A stretch of DNA of 64,000 nt from the human T2T-CHM13v2.0 reference genome, Homo sapiens: NCBI RefSeq assembly GCF_009914755.1, contig NC_060927.1; one strand, 5' to 3'. Position 1 is the first letter of the stretch; each line of letters opens with the position of its first letter. The notes below the pieces were generated by a model. The model made no database searches and was not told the origin of the DNA. It was given only the letters and a program-made list of their open reading frames with translations. A program made the translations under genes and the position numbers. This document shows positions 37,597-54,594 of the stretch, one piece after another.

Positions 37597-38461
37597 CTTG
37601 TAGAGTTAGGATATTAGACCTTTGTTAGATAATAGAACAATATAGGAAAATGTCATTATGACATGAGGTTAATAATAGATTCATCAAGACACCAAAAGAA
37701 AACAAAATTTAAAGTAACATAAATTATAATACATTAAAATAAATTCTGTTAATCAAAAAATAGCATTGAGAAAGAGAAAAAGATAAGTCACAAATGGAAG
37801 CAGATACTTATAATATATACATAACCAAAAAAGGATTTGTATATTTAACACATAAAGTACTCTTACAAATAAATAAGGAAAAGGCAAACACCCAGTGGAA
37901 AATGAACAAAAGATGTATAAGGCACTTCACTAAGAATAAATTCTGTAAAGCCAAAAAACACATGGAAAGTTATACAACCTCATTAGTAACCAGAGAAATA
38001 AAACTTTAACCTATGAGGATATACAAATATCCATTCAACAGATTGAAAATAATTTAAAGTCTAACAGCACTAAATGCTAGGAGGATGTGGAGCAAAGGGA
38101 ATTTTCATATACTGTCGGAAGACATAAAAATTGGTTTAGTCATCTTTGACTAGGTTTATGAGAAAACTAGGTCTTTCTATAAAGCTAAACATGTGCATAC
38201 TTCATGACCCAGCATCTCTACCCCTAGGTCTATACTCTTGCATATGTGCACCAAAAGAACATGTGCAATAACATTTATGAAAGTGTATGTACAACCCAAA
38301 TGTCCACCAAAGTGAGAATGGATGAATAATATATAATACAGATTAATAATGTCTTATCCAAAACACTCAAAATGAGCTTTTTTAAATTTTAGAAAGACAA
38401 TAGAATGTGTGTACACATATGTATACATATACATAAGTATAAACACATACATATATGCATG

Positions 38462-40951
<2,490 letters not shown>

Positions 40952-42589
40952 TATATATACATACTAGATAGATAATGTATATGCATATACATATTCAAAA
41001 TACAAATATACATTTATATAACACAAACACATACTCAGAATTTACACTTATAAAATTTCCACAGTATAAACATACATTTTCACACTAACTTGGATCAATA
41101 AATACCTTAATAGTTCAAGTCAGGTTCTTTACTTTTAGAATTTTAGAGATGGAATAGTGTCAGTCACATGATGAAATACTATAGAGCAAAGAAAATGAAT
41201 AAACTATAGCCATGTGATCAACATCAATGATTCAGAAACATAAGTGAAAGAAGCAAATCAAAAATAGCAAAATGAGCAGTATTTTAATTCAGATATGTGT
41301 AATTGTAGCAACACTGTAAAGCAAATAAAGCAAGGCAATGATTAAAATGGATATTTCTGGAGAGAAGAAGAGGTGATCAGGGAGTATTGGTTACTCTCTT
41401 CAATTTAATTGTAAATATATTTTTAAATTATATATACAAACATATATGCTTTTATACTATGATACATTTGATAATAAAAAGTTAAAGACAAAAAGCTATC
41501 GATTTTTACATATTGATTTTATAATGAGCCACCTTACTATTCTTTTATTGTTCCTAATAATTTTTCTGTCAATTCTCTTGGTTTGTATGTGATAGCATGA
41601 ACTGCATATACTGATAGTTTTGTTTTCTCCTTTCTAATATTGATGCTTATTTCTTTTTCTTATCATTGCATTGGTTGTTGCTTCTAGATCAATGCTAAAA
41701 TAACAGCGATAATCTTTCTTTTCTGGCACCCTTAATGAATTGCCTTCTGTAGTATCTTACTATTAAATATATAAAGAATTTCTGCATGATAGAACTCTCT
41801 CAAGATGAAACAGGTCACCACTTGGAAAGACAGGCAGCAAGTCTATGTGAACTAGTATTTTTGTTTATTGTTTGCTTATTGATGCACATTATGTGGGGAC
41901 CACTGACATTATTCCATAGTCCCCATGGGGCCAAGTAGAAGGGGCTACAATGGAGCAAGCACTGTTTGTATTCTGGAAGGCAGACACTGTTGTTCATGAG
42001 CTCACTCAAAGGCCAGGCCGAGTGGCATTCTCCTCAGAGCCAGGAGGACTGAGGTCAGGCTCACCTTCAATTACAATATTGGCTGGCTCACAAACAGGCT
42101 GGAGGGAGTCCTCCGTCTTAAACTAGACACCTGCATGCCTGTGACAGATCTGTCCCCACAGGCCATTCTCTGAACAGAACACAGCTGAATCCAGAACAAA
42201 CACCTCTCTCAAAGGGCCTGTGTTTCATTTAATAGAGTTCAAATCGAGTGTCTAGAAACCTCGATTCTTTTTTATTTCCAACTGCAGGGACTCCCAGGCT
42301 CCCTTTCTGCCCACATCTCAGGACTTTCTCACCTTAGAAGTCTGCTGCTACAGGGGCTCATCAATTGTTCTAAAACAGTGCCCAAGATGAGTGTTGAAGC
42401 CTGGCTGAAAATGTCAGGGCCTGTGTGTATGACACACCTGCAGAACTTCCAGGTGGGTGGCGGGTTGATAATTGCTTCCAGAACCTGTATGGGCAACAAC
42501 ATTGAATCTTTTTAAAAATACAGATTCAGAAGTCCCTCCCCAGGGTAGTAGAATTAGAATATCAGATGATAAGCCCTGGGAATCAGTTT

Positions 42590-42885
42590 TTAGTTAGCTA
42601 TTACTACATAACAAACCACCTCAAAACTCAGTGGCTTAAAGCAGTAAACATTTGTTATTTTTCATGAATCTATTTGTCAACTGAGTAGCACTTCTGGTCT
42701 CACTGCTTCTACCATCCACCCCATTCTATTGGCCAAAGGAAGCCATGAGGCTAGCCCAGATTCATGGGGGAAAGGGAATAGACACTATGTCTTCACAGGA
42801 GGAGCTACAAAGTCCCTTTGTCAGAGGCATGGGTATTTGGAGGGGTGAAGAATTAGAGATAATTTTGCACTCAGTCTGCCCCATA
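42590..42885 (-). mobile_element. MLT1-type LTR fragment
   Basis: ataacaaaccacctcaaaactcagtggcttaaagca; cattctattggccaa. Confidence 0.65.
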
Positions 42886-43980
42886 TCTGCCCTGGGAGCC
42901 TAATGCAGGCAGCCTGGCATCATTCTACAGACCATCAATGTATCCCAGGAATAATGGCACCCTCTCAAGATGTCCACAGAGCAGACTGCTCCAGGCCGCC
43001 ATCATGTCCCTTACTGTGGGCCTTAGTGAATTTCGCCACATCCCAGAGTCTGTGCCTTGTTGCTAGAACCAGAACCTTAAATCTTGTCAGCACTGCAAAT
43101 GCAATCTTGGGCCTGGCTGACATCAACCAACTCAGAAAGGTCTTGGTTCTTACCATCCAAAGGCCCAGCAACTCATTTACATAGAACATGGAACCAACTC
43201 TCCAGACTTTGGGTCAGCATTCTTTCCCTATAAGCAAAGAAACAGGAGAAGACAAATCAGAACCAGAAGGTTGCTCTATGTATCAATTGGACTTGAAAAA
43301 GTCCAATAACTTTTTCAGTTACCTCTAATGGAAACACAGCTCAAACTGACTGAAGCAAAGACAGAAAGCATTGGTTCACACAATACATTTGTGTAGGTCT
43401 GGCTTTAGGCCTATCTTGACCCAGGAGCTCAAATGTGCCTTCAGTAGTTGGTCCTCTCCACCTTTTGGCTCTGGTGCTGTCTGCACTTCATTCTCAAGCT
43501 GCATTGGGATATCCAGCAAAGCCAGGCTTATATCTTCACAGGTTCAAGACCAACAGAAAAAGAGGATATGCTTGTCTCTCAGTATTCCAGAAAAATCTCA
43601 TTTTTTCTTATTGACCCTGACTGGGTCACATGGCTATCACTAAACCAATCACTGTGATCATTCATATTCTAATGAGGACATATTGACTATAAATAAGATC
43701 AATAAAAACTTTACTGTGTTAGCAGTGATAGGTGTTACAGGAAGAAATACAGCAGAGAAGAATAGGGAATGTCATGGAGGGGACTCGATTTTATGTGGAG
43801 TGGCCAGAGGAGACATCACTGAGAAGTGAAGGTGGTCTACAATGCCCCTCAACTTTAGCTTTGTCTGATGTTTCCTCATTGTCAGATCTGAGTTACGCAT
43901 TTTGAGCAGAAATACCACAGAAGGATGGTGTGTCCTGCTCAGTGTGTCTTATTAGGAGGCACATGATGTCAATTAGTCCC

Positions 43981-44753
43981 TGTGGTATAATAAGAAATCC
44001 ATTTGGTCTTTGCCCTGGTTTCCTGACACAGACCTCCTAAAACCCTTGGAATTTCCTGAGTGATAGGAGCATCTCTTATTATTCATAGGAAGCCCCTGTT
44101 TTAATCATACCTGAATTTATGCTAACAAGGTTACTTAGGGTGGGGCCTCCTAGCTGCCTGGTCACCAGAATGACCAAATGATTAAAGGGTTGAACTGTAC
44201 AGCCCATCCCAACTTTCAGGAAGGGGAGTAGGGGAGCTGAAGATTAAGCTCTGTAAAGACTCTTGAAGGAGATATGAGGAGCTTCCAGGTTGGTGAATGC
44301 ATCCAAATGCTAACCCCAACTCCATGGGACAGAAGCTCCTGCATTTGAGACCCTTCCAGACCTTGCCCTATACACCTCTTCATCTAGCTATTCATGTCTA
44401 CCCCTTATAATAGCTTTTATACTAAACCAGTAAGTGTAAGTGAAGTGGTTTCCTGAGTTCTGTGAACCATTCTAGCAAACTGTGGTTGTAGAAGAGAGGT
44501 TGTAGAAACCCCCAGAATTTAGAGTCAGTGAGAAGTATCAATAGTCCAGGACTTTTGACTGGCATCTGAAGTGGGGTTCTCTTGTGAGCCTGAGCCCTTA
44601 ATTTGTGGGATTTGCCCTAACTTCAGGTAATTAGTGTCAGAATTGAATTAAATTGTAGGGCACCCAGCTGGTGTCCAATAATTGGTTGGTATTGGGAAAA
44701 AAACCCACACATTTGGTGTCAGAAATGTTCTGTGGATAGAAACAGATCATAAG
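43981..44753 (+). mobile_element. MER21-family solo LTR inside an antisense L1M 3' end
   Basis: cctaaaacccttggaatttcctgagtgatagga, gacagaagctcctgcatttgagacccttccagacc, cacatttggtgtcagaa; flanks agtccc/agtcct; strand not certain. Confidence 0.8.
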
Positions 44754-45213
44754 AGTCCTATTCCAAGATGTTAACTGTGATCACTTGGTTCAGGTAGTGT
44801 CTACCAGGTTTCTCCACTGTAATATTTCTATTTTTCCCTTTATAATCCTCTAAGTATCTTGTGGAGAGACACTTAAAAATTATGTTAATATCCTGTTTCT
44901 TATCAAACTTTCACCCACTGGTTTTAACTTTTTAAAGTTCCTAGAGGATTCAAATTGTACAGCCCTGTACAGGCTGAGAACAATCACTGGAGCTTCCCTA
45001 GCCCTGAGTCACTCTTTTAAAAGTAGGGGAGAGAAATACTACACAGGCTCCACATGGAATTCACCTGATGGTGTGGGCCACAGAGGAAAACAGACTGTTA
45101 AAACATGGCCTACTGTGCCTAAGCACTGTTGGGGGTGCGGGGGAGCAAGACTTCGCTGCCCTCTGGCTGCAGCAGGGGAAGCAGGACAGAGTAGCCAGGA
45201 GGTAGATCCCACA

Positions 45214-45327
45214 TAGGGTGACCAACTGTGCCAGTTCACCCAGGACCAATGAGGTGCCTGAGATGCCAGACTTCCAGTGCTAAAACCAAGAAAGTCCCAG
45301 GCAAACCAGGGTGAAGTGGTCACCCTA
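45214..45327. mobile_element. MER81 hAT-Blackjack MITE
   Basis: Perfect 11-bp TIRs tagggtgacca/tggtcacccta, 114 bp. Confidence 0.85.
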
Positions 45328-46049
45328 CCAAGTCATTTTAGCTTAGATATACTTAGTGCTCAGCAACCAAGGTCTATGCCCAGATGTAACCCTGAAAGCC
45401 AGGTTGAAGATAATTGACTTAAAAAACTGATCTTTAACAAATTGATAGGCCTAGAAAGTACACAGCAAGGTTGCTAGGGGCAGCAGGAATCTGTGTTGTA
45501 GACAACTGGGATACAAGCCACGTGGAACTGAAAGAAATCCATGAACTCAGTTGACCCTTGACTGACATTAAACAGAAAATGGAGATGAGGTGCCCTCCCT
45601 CCTCTAAGCTCCCACACATTCCCCACCATCAGAGCTCTGACAGCCATCAGAGGACACAGGCACCAAAATGGTGGTACCTACCCCTCCACCCTCCTCTGCA
45701 CATATATACACAATATACAATTATATAAAGCGTGAGGAATTCTAATAAAATTCTCATTTCCTCCACTTTTCTCACATAGTTGGTAGCCCCACATGCAGGT
45801 GCTCTAAAGGTGCATCTGGCCTGCCTTAGGCTCACTCAGCCCTGCTCCTCACACTACAACGGTTGCTGACCTGTGTGGTTTCTGCTCAACATTAGAACTT
45901 ACCAAAGGACAGACATTCTGCCTAAGTCACCTCCATATTCCCACCCAGTACTGGGCACATGGCATGAAACAGATAACATTTTCAAATTTGGTGATTTAAA
46001 GAGAATTTAATAAAAGGCTATTTATAAAGATGTGAGCAGGGTTAAGGAG

Positions 46050-46567
46050 AGTGGTTCTCAACCTTGCTGCACATTAAATGTAATGTCCTCAGGAGTCTTA
46101 AAAATGACTACTGCCTGGGTCCCATCCCCAGGAACCTTACCCAATTAATTTAGACCTGTGCTGTCTGATAAGGTAGCCAGTAGCCCCGTGTGGTCACTGA
46201 GCACTTGCAATGTGGCTAGTCCAAATCAAGATATGATGTAAGTATAAAGTATTCGCCAGATTTTGAAGGCTTGGTACAAAGAGAAATAAGGAATACAAAA
46301 CATCTCCATCATATTTTAAAATAATTTCTTGTTGAAATGATAATGTTTAGATTATGCTGAGTTAGAAAAAATAATTTCAAAAAGTAATTTGACCTATTTC
46401 TTCTTACTTTTAATAATGTGGCTACTAGAATCTTTAAGATTACTATGTGGCTCAAATTATATTCTGATGGACAGCAGTGGTCCAGAGTATAGCCTGGGCA
46501 TGAGATTGAAATTTTTTAAAAGTTCCCCAGGTGATTCTAATGTGCAACCAAGGTTAAGAAGCACTAG
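46050..46567. mobile_element. MER5A split by MER33 (about 46156-46480)
   Basis: agtggttctcaacctt...ccccaggtgattctaatgtgcaaccaaggttaagaagcact flank gcacttgcaatgtggctagtcc...ggacagcagtg. Confidence 0.7.
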
Positions 46568-49425
46568 TTCAGAGAAATCACAGAGGATAATGCAGTAGCC
46601 TGTGACTGACAGCAGCAGGTAGCTGTTAGGCCTTCCAAGCCTGAAAGGGCAATAGGAGGGAGTGGTTACAGGAACATAATTCCTCCAGAGGGTAGCTCTA
46701 TGAAGGGAGCTGCCTGACAGGAGCTATGGTCTTTAGTAGAAGGATGAAGTAGGCTCAAAGTCAGTAGGGGAGAATCTGAGGAAGTAAACACCCTTATCTC
46801 TTTGTCCTCCTGCCTTTGATCCCCTGCTAGAAAAAACAAGGTTGGAAAGATGTGGGGAGAATGGATTTGAAGAAGCAAATGGAATATTCCCAGTACAGGC
46901 ACTTAAAGAATGTTCTGGAAATAAAGGAAGAGCCCACAAATAAAACATGTAAGTGCTTACAGGAGTAGCACTGAACATAGGTAGGCTGTAACTCTGAACC
47001 TCTCTTGTCCCGAGTCCAGGAATAACGTCCAGTGAGAAATGCAATCAGCAGCATTTGAGTTGCCCAGAATAATTTTCAAAGCTAAGAAACTCCTAGGCAT
47101 TCTCTTTACTCACAAACAGTAATTTTAAAGTCCTTGAGTATTTTCGTTCCTGTAGAAAAGATATCGACTAATAACACCAATAACCCACAATAAATTTCTA
47201 TTTATTGAGTGCTTATCATGTGCCAGGCACTGTGCAAAATGCTTCACTTAAATTATAACACAGTGTGGCTCTATACTTTTTCCCAATTCCACAGTAGAAA
47301 ATATATATTATCCATCAAGATGTAAAAATGTAAAATTGTCTCAATTCCTCCTGAGTCCCCAAAGGTGAAAAAGAAAACATTTGATGCCAATTATCCTCAC
47401 ATTCCAGAGGATAGCAATCAATGCTCTTGCAGGTTGTGCTAAGCTATAGTTAAACCAGGTCTGCCTGCATTCTGGCTGAAGGGACAGTGGCTACCTGAGG
47501 CATGTCCTTCTCACACTGATCACAGGAGTGCAGGAGAGCAAGCCAAAGCACTCAGGCACTTACAAAGCTCTGCTTGCCTCATAACTACTCTCATTCCATT
47601 GGCCAAGTTCAAGAATCAATGAGGTGGTAAAGTACACTCTGTCGATTGTACTGAAAAAGCGCATGGCAGAGGGAGGGAGTAAAGAATGAGATCAATAATC
47701 CAATCCAAATAATAATAATAACAATCTAGTAATCCAAGGAGAGGAAAAAACAGTTGACCTCCCCTCCCTGCTCCAGGCTTCCCAGTCCAAAGCAGCCTGA
47801 GTGTGCTCAGAGAGGGGAGATGTTTTAACCCTGACAAGGGTGTGGAGTTAGACGATTAGGACACTGGATAGAATATTCTCATTATTTGAAGTGGGACATT
47901 TTTGACACTAGAACTGGTCAGAGGGAAATTTGTCATCTGAGAATTACCTAAAAATTATGGAATTTGCCCCAAATTCCACCTAAGGATCAGGCAAGAACAA
48001 ATCTACACATCATGCTGAAATGAGCTGTGGATAAAAGGATGGGTTGCCTGCTGGTGGAATCCCCATTGAGTCCAGATCATGCAGCAAACCAACCACATAT
48101 GCTTTTTACCAACCTCCCACTTGACAATTTTAATTTGACATTATTCAGATAGCACTCCAACATCTGTGTCTTTAGAATGTTTATTTAGTTTAATATGCTG
48201 TAAACACAGTTTGAGAAAAACTATTTCCAAGAGCAGCATTTAAAGACTGTCTTTACCCACCTTCAAAATATTTTCAGGAAAAATGAAAATCAGAATGTTT
48301 TCAACCATACCCAAAAGAAATCTGTTGTGTTCTAGTTAACATTCACAGAAGGGGAAAGAAAAAGTCTGTCACAAATACAAAGCAAAAAAAAACACTGTTC
48401 TGAAGCCAGCAACCATGAGGTTTATCCCTCAGACACTTGGAAAAACCTCCCCCTCCTCGGGAAAGCTTTCTTGAGGTAAGAGGAACTGCGATGGTGATTA
48501 AAGGTATCAAAAGGACTCATTTTTCCCTTCTGAGACTTGTCTAATAAGACATAAACTAGATAAAATCAAGTGTATTGAACCAGTTCTCTCGGCAGGCCTA
48601 TGACATAAAATGACTCTCCCTCACTCTCCTACCTACCCTGTGAGGAAAAGCACCTGTGCCAGAGGCCACATGGAGGAAGTCACTTTCTGTTGTGCTACAA
48701 ATGTAGTCATACTGCTAGGAGTCAAAGTGTTCACTCCAGTGAGTTCTAGGAAGTTCTAGGAAGTCTAGCCCATTTCTCAATCAGATTTCACCTTCCTCTG
48801 ATGGTCCTATAGTCCTGACCTGTTAAGATCAATTTCCTTTCTCTGCCCATCCAAAACCACCGATAAATAAAGACAGGTTTATTTGCTAAGGGATGTGGCC
48901 TTCCTGTCTGATCTTCCTCACTGAAAAATGACAAGCTGATGCCAAAGCACTGGATTTACACTTTATTCCCTCTATTTGAAAATGACAACTCACATTCCCC
49001 AACCTCATGTGAAATTCTTCTCTTCCATTTCTCAGATAAGAAAAGTCAAGTTCTCTCATTACCAGATTGAGCTTCTCAAAGACTAATACTTTGTCTTGTT
49101 CACCTCTGTATCTTCAGTCCCTGGCACACTGCCTGGCACTGTATGCATTCAGTGTTTGAGAACATGGAAATAAGTAAAGGATCCTGGGTCAAAGAGGAGG
49201 TGCCTGCATTTTTAGCTGATTAAGGGGCAACCAAGAAGGAAGGGCATGACCAGCCCTGCTAACAAAGAAGGGCATGGTGTGATTTCTGCATAGGATTTCC
49301 CCCTCTTTTCCCCTCCACCCAACCTTTTTGGTGCCCAAGGGCCAGTTGAAACAAGTAAAAGGAGTAAAGAGTTCTATTGGAGGACAACCCTGAGCCATTA
49401 CGGTCCCTGCTTCCCCATTTATAGT

Positions 49426-49605
49426 CAGGGCTGACTTCAAGGGCATGCGACCTGTAATATCTCACAGGACCTAGCACTTAGAGGAGCCCTACACTTGGTT
49501 TAATGCTTTGTGTTGCCTCCTGGAAACTCTTAACAATTTTTCAATAAAGGGCCCTGCCCTGTGTTTTTGTTTGGGGGGCCTTGTAAAATGATGTAACTGG
49601 TTCTG
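49426..49605. mobile_element. MER91A-like hAT-Tip100 element
   Basis: cagggctgacttcaagggcatgcgacctgt...gtaactggttctg; 8-bp TSD tttatagt/tttacagt. Confidence 0.8.
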
Positions 49606-52600
49606 TTTACAGTACAGTACAGGGAAGTACGGAAGGTTGGCAAAGTAGTGCTAAGGTTTCTCCCAACAAGGACATTCCAGGTGTCTGTTGCTTTCACTGG
49701 AATCCTTAGAACACATACAAAGCAGCCTCTGGGGGCCCCCTCAACTGATCACCACCTCCCTCCAGTATTTGTGAGCCTGAACCCTAGAGTGCTTTTCAGT
49801 ATCTGACTCCTATACTCATAGGTTTAAATGGAGAACAAAGAAGTTGACCTATCTTACTTTCAACTTTGCTGCTCATATTTATTTATTATAATTATTTTCT
49901 CTGCTAGATAAGAATATTTTATTAGAATTTTCAGTCATAATATTTCCCCAAAGAAATGCATATATAATACACACAAAAGCCTTTACTTTTGTGTTAGACA
50001 TTGCAAACAATCCCACTTCTCCTGTATCTATTTTGATTTTGTTTTCCTCAGAATTGTCTGTCATAAACAATTCTAAAATAGAACTTGTTCATCCTCAGTA
50101 ATTCCTTGTTCTTTAGCTGTTGCTTCAGATAATCATATTTCCAGGGCAGCTTCTTATGTGGTTACACTTGCTATGATGTAATCAATCAAATGAAGACTCA
50201 CAGAAAAATTCATTAACTCAGCAGAGAAAAGCCTCCTTCCAGGTGCTTAGCTGAGTTATTAATATTGGAAGTAAGTACTGAATTGATGATCTGTAGAAAA
50301 ACTTCTAACTAGACATTGTTTTTAAAATTTGATTTCCCCATCCCTAATGAAAGAACTGCTTATTCTATATTTCACTGTATAAAACTATGTTGAAGCTGTA
50401 CTTTCATTCTAATATCTGTTTTAATGAAAGCCTGATATATCTTTATTAGCTGTGGGGTGTTTGAGCCCTACTTTTCCAATACACCAGTCTGAAATCAGAA
50501 ACTACATGTTTAACATTTGTTCAAAAATTATTGTTCCCTTTACTTGTGCTTTCATTTGGCTTAATGTCCAAAAGAAATTATTGATATCCACAATAGGCAA
50601 TAATATTGACTTCGGTTAGTTTTCCTCAACTATTTTTGGGCTGGTATTGTGAAGATCAGCCATCCCTCCATTGCTAGGTCTCATCTGGCAGGAAATTCTG
50701 GCCACCTCCTGCCTAATCTTTGTCCCTAAGTAGCAGCCAGAGTCTGAGTCCAGGCAGAGCACTGTGGGGAAAGGCCAGCAAGGTCACCTGCCTGGAGGAG
50801 CTCAGCACCTTGAGAGGAGGCAGTCCCTGAGAAAGAAGGAAGGACAATGCCCTCCTCCAAGTTCATTGACCTCACAGTAGTCCAGGCCCAAGGGTGGACA
50901 CATGGAAATAGACAGGCAATGTGACAGCTCCCTCCCAGCATTTTCCCCACCTCATCCCTTGTCTCAGTCTCAGATCCACTCAGCTTCCAAATACAAAAGC
51001 CCGTTTGTGACCAAGGAGGTGGGAGGTTGGCTGGGGGGCGGGTGTGGTCAGTGTCTCATGGGGAAAAGTTTGGGGAATGTTTATCCATCTTTGTTAACAT
51101 CAAGATGTTATTCCTGCCTCACATGCAGTTACAAAGCCCACATATGTGAGTTCATTGCCCCAGTTTTCCTAGCATAGTTTGATTCCTAGGAATATTTTCA
51201 TATCCGTCAACTAGCCGAAGGCCCCAAAATGCAGTGATTCTGTGATTTGAGGGTCACATGAAGAGGTTTCTCTGTTATTTTCTGTCTCTCAGGGAAGAGG
51301 ACACATGGTGAGCAGGCTGTGGCTAAGGCAAGCAGGGGACCCAGCCGTGGCAGCCGTGGGGTAGTAGCGAGCAGTGAGGATTTCTGCGCTCAGCGTGTGC
51401 TTTAATACATCATGTATGCTCATCATACCAAACCGCACCCCATGCTTCTGCGGATCTGTTCAAAAGATCTGTTTTCCAAATGTTTTCTAAGTCTGACAAC
51501 TCTCCAAAAGTTTACTACGAAATAGCAGAATTCCTTTCTTTCTTCTTCTTTCCTTCTCTCTTTTTTCTTTCAGCAAGAGCACTTAAGCAGCGTCACTTTT
51601 ATCAACAAAAGTAATAAAAATATTAATGAAGAATTTGTTTTCCACAGAATTTTTTAAGATTTTTGTCTTTTGTCTGTGAATCTACAGATTCTAGAACACT
51701 TTTGTTTTGCAACATCTTCTCTCTCCCTCTCCGTCTTCTTCTCTCTCTCCTCGCATTCTGAGGAAAGGGAGAAAGACAGAGTTGTTTAGAATGGGCAGCC
51801 AGCATTTGTAAGCTATTTGCTCTCTTTCTATAGCAGCTGAGATGAGGCTCAGAGAAAACTCTCTGAAAAAGCAATTTGTCCGGCACCCTCATTTTACAAA
51901 GAAACTAAGGTTCAGAGAGTTTATTCTTCCTTCAGCACTGTTGCCATCAGCCTTCCTTGCCCATATTTCCTACTCTCTGAAATACAAATGCGAGTCACAC
52001 ACTGGGGGCTCTCTGAGCTTCAGCAATGCCTACCTTTCCAGCCCATCATGTACGTTCTATTGCCCAGGCTAAATTTCTATTTCTCAGGTACCCAGCATAT
52101 TTTTCTCTTTTCACACCATTTCTTAGAAAGGTCCCTCTGCTGAAAATGTCCTTCCTCCTTCCCCACTTCCTGAAGTTTCAACTTCCTTCATCCCTCAAGG
52201 TCCAAGTCAAATGCCATGGCTTCCATGGGCCTTCTGTGACCCCTCACAGACCCCCCGAGAAAATCATGTTTCATCCCTCAACTCACGCCAGGCCAGATGC
52301 TGGGATAGTGGATTCTGAGTTAAATGGTATGCTGTTCTCACATGTGACATGTTGGCATTTTTGTGACATGTCCCAAAAAATACCAGCTGGGCTGTCTGGG
52401 GGTTCTCAGGAACGCATAAACTCTCTGGGGGAAAAAAAATCTCTGCTCTACTAATCCTGGAGCAGGCTCCTTTAGGTTGCCCATGTATGAAACAGCTTGA
52501 CTTTAAAGTAAAACTTACTCAGTTTCTGCCTTTTGGCTTTCAATTTAGGCTAATATTTGAATCATTTTTCTTGGTCCACAATCACGGAATACATATATCT

Positions 52601-54554
52601 TGTATCTCACAGTCAGCAGTTACAGATGCTTCCTTGGAACCTCAATTATAGCTTCTCTGGAGGATGGCTACCCATTTATTTGAAGTGTCCACAGGTCTTC
52701 CCAAAGTGCTCTTTGCATATATTGTGTAGCTTATATTTTAAGTCAGGCCATCCCAAACATGCCCTGTAACATCATAAATTTTGAGCCACCAAGCAGAACG
52801 CTGGAGAATGCCTCTTGCCCAGGACGAATTGTAAAACAAATGCTCTCCAGTGCAGCAGGCCTCCATGCACTGCAGGCACACATACCATCCTGGCACCAGG
52901 ACACCTGACAGAGCCCTGCAGCAAAAGCACATCCAGGTTGTAACCAAGAAATGGGCCCTTGTTTCTTCACAAGCCACCCAGTATTCTATGTTTGGCTTTC
53001 TCATCTGAGGCCTCAGATGCCCTTAGCCCCAGGATGTTGTTGCTAGGGGTTTTAAGTGATAAACCAAATTATCCACCACAGCCACAACCTGGTTTCTTTC
53101 TGGCGAGTCTTTTTGTTGTTTGTTATTTTTTTTTCTTTGTGCTTCAAAAAAGAGAGAACACAGAATTGATGTTACTCCTTTTACATACTCAGAAAGACCA
53201 CAACCAGCTTTCCTGATCTGTATTCCATTTTCAAAAGAGGAATATAAAGGAAAAGACTTTGAAAGTAAATACATACTCTTCTGAAATTTGTAAAATATCA
53301 GTGATGTTCATGATTTTTAACCAAAAGATAACAGAATGGGATAAGGTGATAAATAGTGCAAGCAGTACTATAACTCTTAAAGAATAAAAAGAAAGAAATG
53401 AAAAGAAAAAAATAACCCATCACTAAGAATCTTAAATTCTGAAGGAGTTTTAAAAGATCTAATAGGAGATGAGTACCTTCCAACTGTTGTCATCCTGCTA
53501 TTGTAACCTGAGCCCTCTCAAGTTTTCAGACTCCAAAATCAGATCTAATTAAAAGAAAGTGGGAAAGGACTCAGAGCCTTTTCAGCTCTGGAGAACATGC
53601 AGACAAATAAATTAAAAAGTGGGAGAAGTGGAACTAACCCAATAATCCGTGAAAAGCTCATTTCCCTCCCACCGCCACGGATGCAACAGTGTCCTTCCTC
53701 CCTCCCCGTTCTCTGGTTCAGGGGCAGTGAGTGAAGAAATTGGCTAACAAGATCAGAAAATTTAATTACATTTCTGCCGTCCCCACCAAGAAGTTGGCTG
53801 TCACACTTCCCTTTTGCTGATCTTCAGAATGTGCTGTCTCTGATGAGTTTCCCATCTGCTTCCATTCCCACTCATCTCCCTACATCAGCTCAGGACAGTA
53901 GACACAGACACTTCAATTTGGGGGTTTAGGAGGATTAGATACAAAGATTAAAGAGGGCAGTAAGAAAAGAGAATGTCATTATCCCCTCATTTCCTTTTGT
54001 CTGCCTGAGACACTTTTGCCTTGGTCTTATCCCAAGAGAAGTATTGTGCCATCCCACAGGCTTAGTATCCTTGCATTCCAGACCTAAGAAGCCCTGAGAC
54101 CCTTTAGAAGAAAGTGAAACCTCCATCAAAGTGTCCATTTTGCATGCCAACTCAAAGATATGAAAATGGCTCCCTTGAACACTGTTTCCAGGAAGATTCT
54201 AAAATGCTTTGGGCTCAAAATTAGCAAACACACAAAATAGCATGATCGAGTTGTGGTCTCCACTGGGGAACAGCTAGCATGCAGAATGGTGTCAAAACAA
54301 CCAGGTTGTTGCCATTCCTGTCCTAGGACAACCAGAGATTTATGGCCAAACCTAGTATGCAAACCATTTGGGACACAGAACAAGTGTTTCCAAAATTCAA
54401 AATTTAGCTAGTTAAAAACAACTCTTTTGTTTGCTTTTCCACTTCTGGGTAAGGTGAAGTAGCAGGATGAACTGTGCAGAGGTCCCTGGCATCCATGTGA
54501 CTGAGGAGCTATTTCCCTTCACTGAATGTAGTCATCCCCTACATACATGGACCA

Positions 54555-54556
<2 letters not shown>

Positions 54557-54588
<32 letters not shown>
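54557..54588. repeat. (CA)n microsatellite
   Basis: Direct run. Confidence 0.95.
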
Positions 54589-54594
<6 letters not shown>
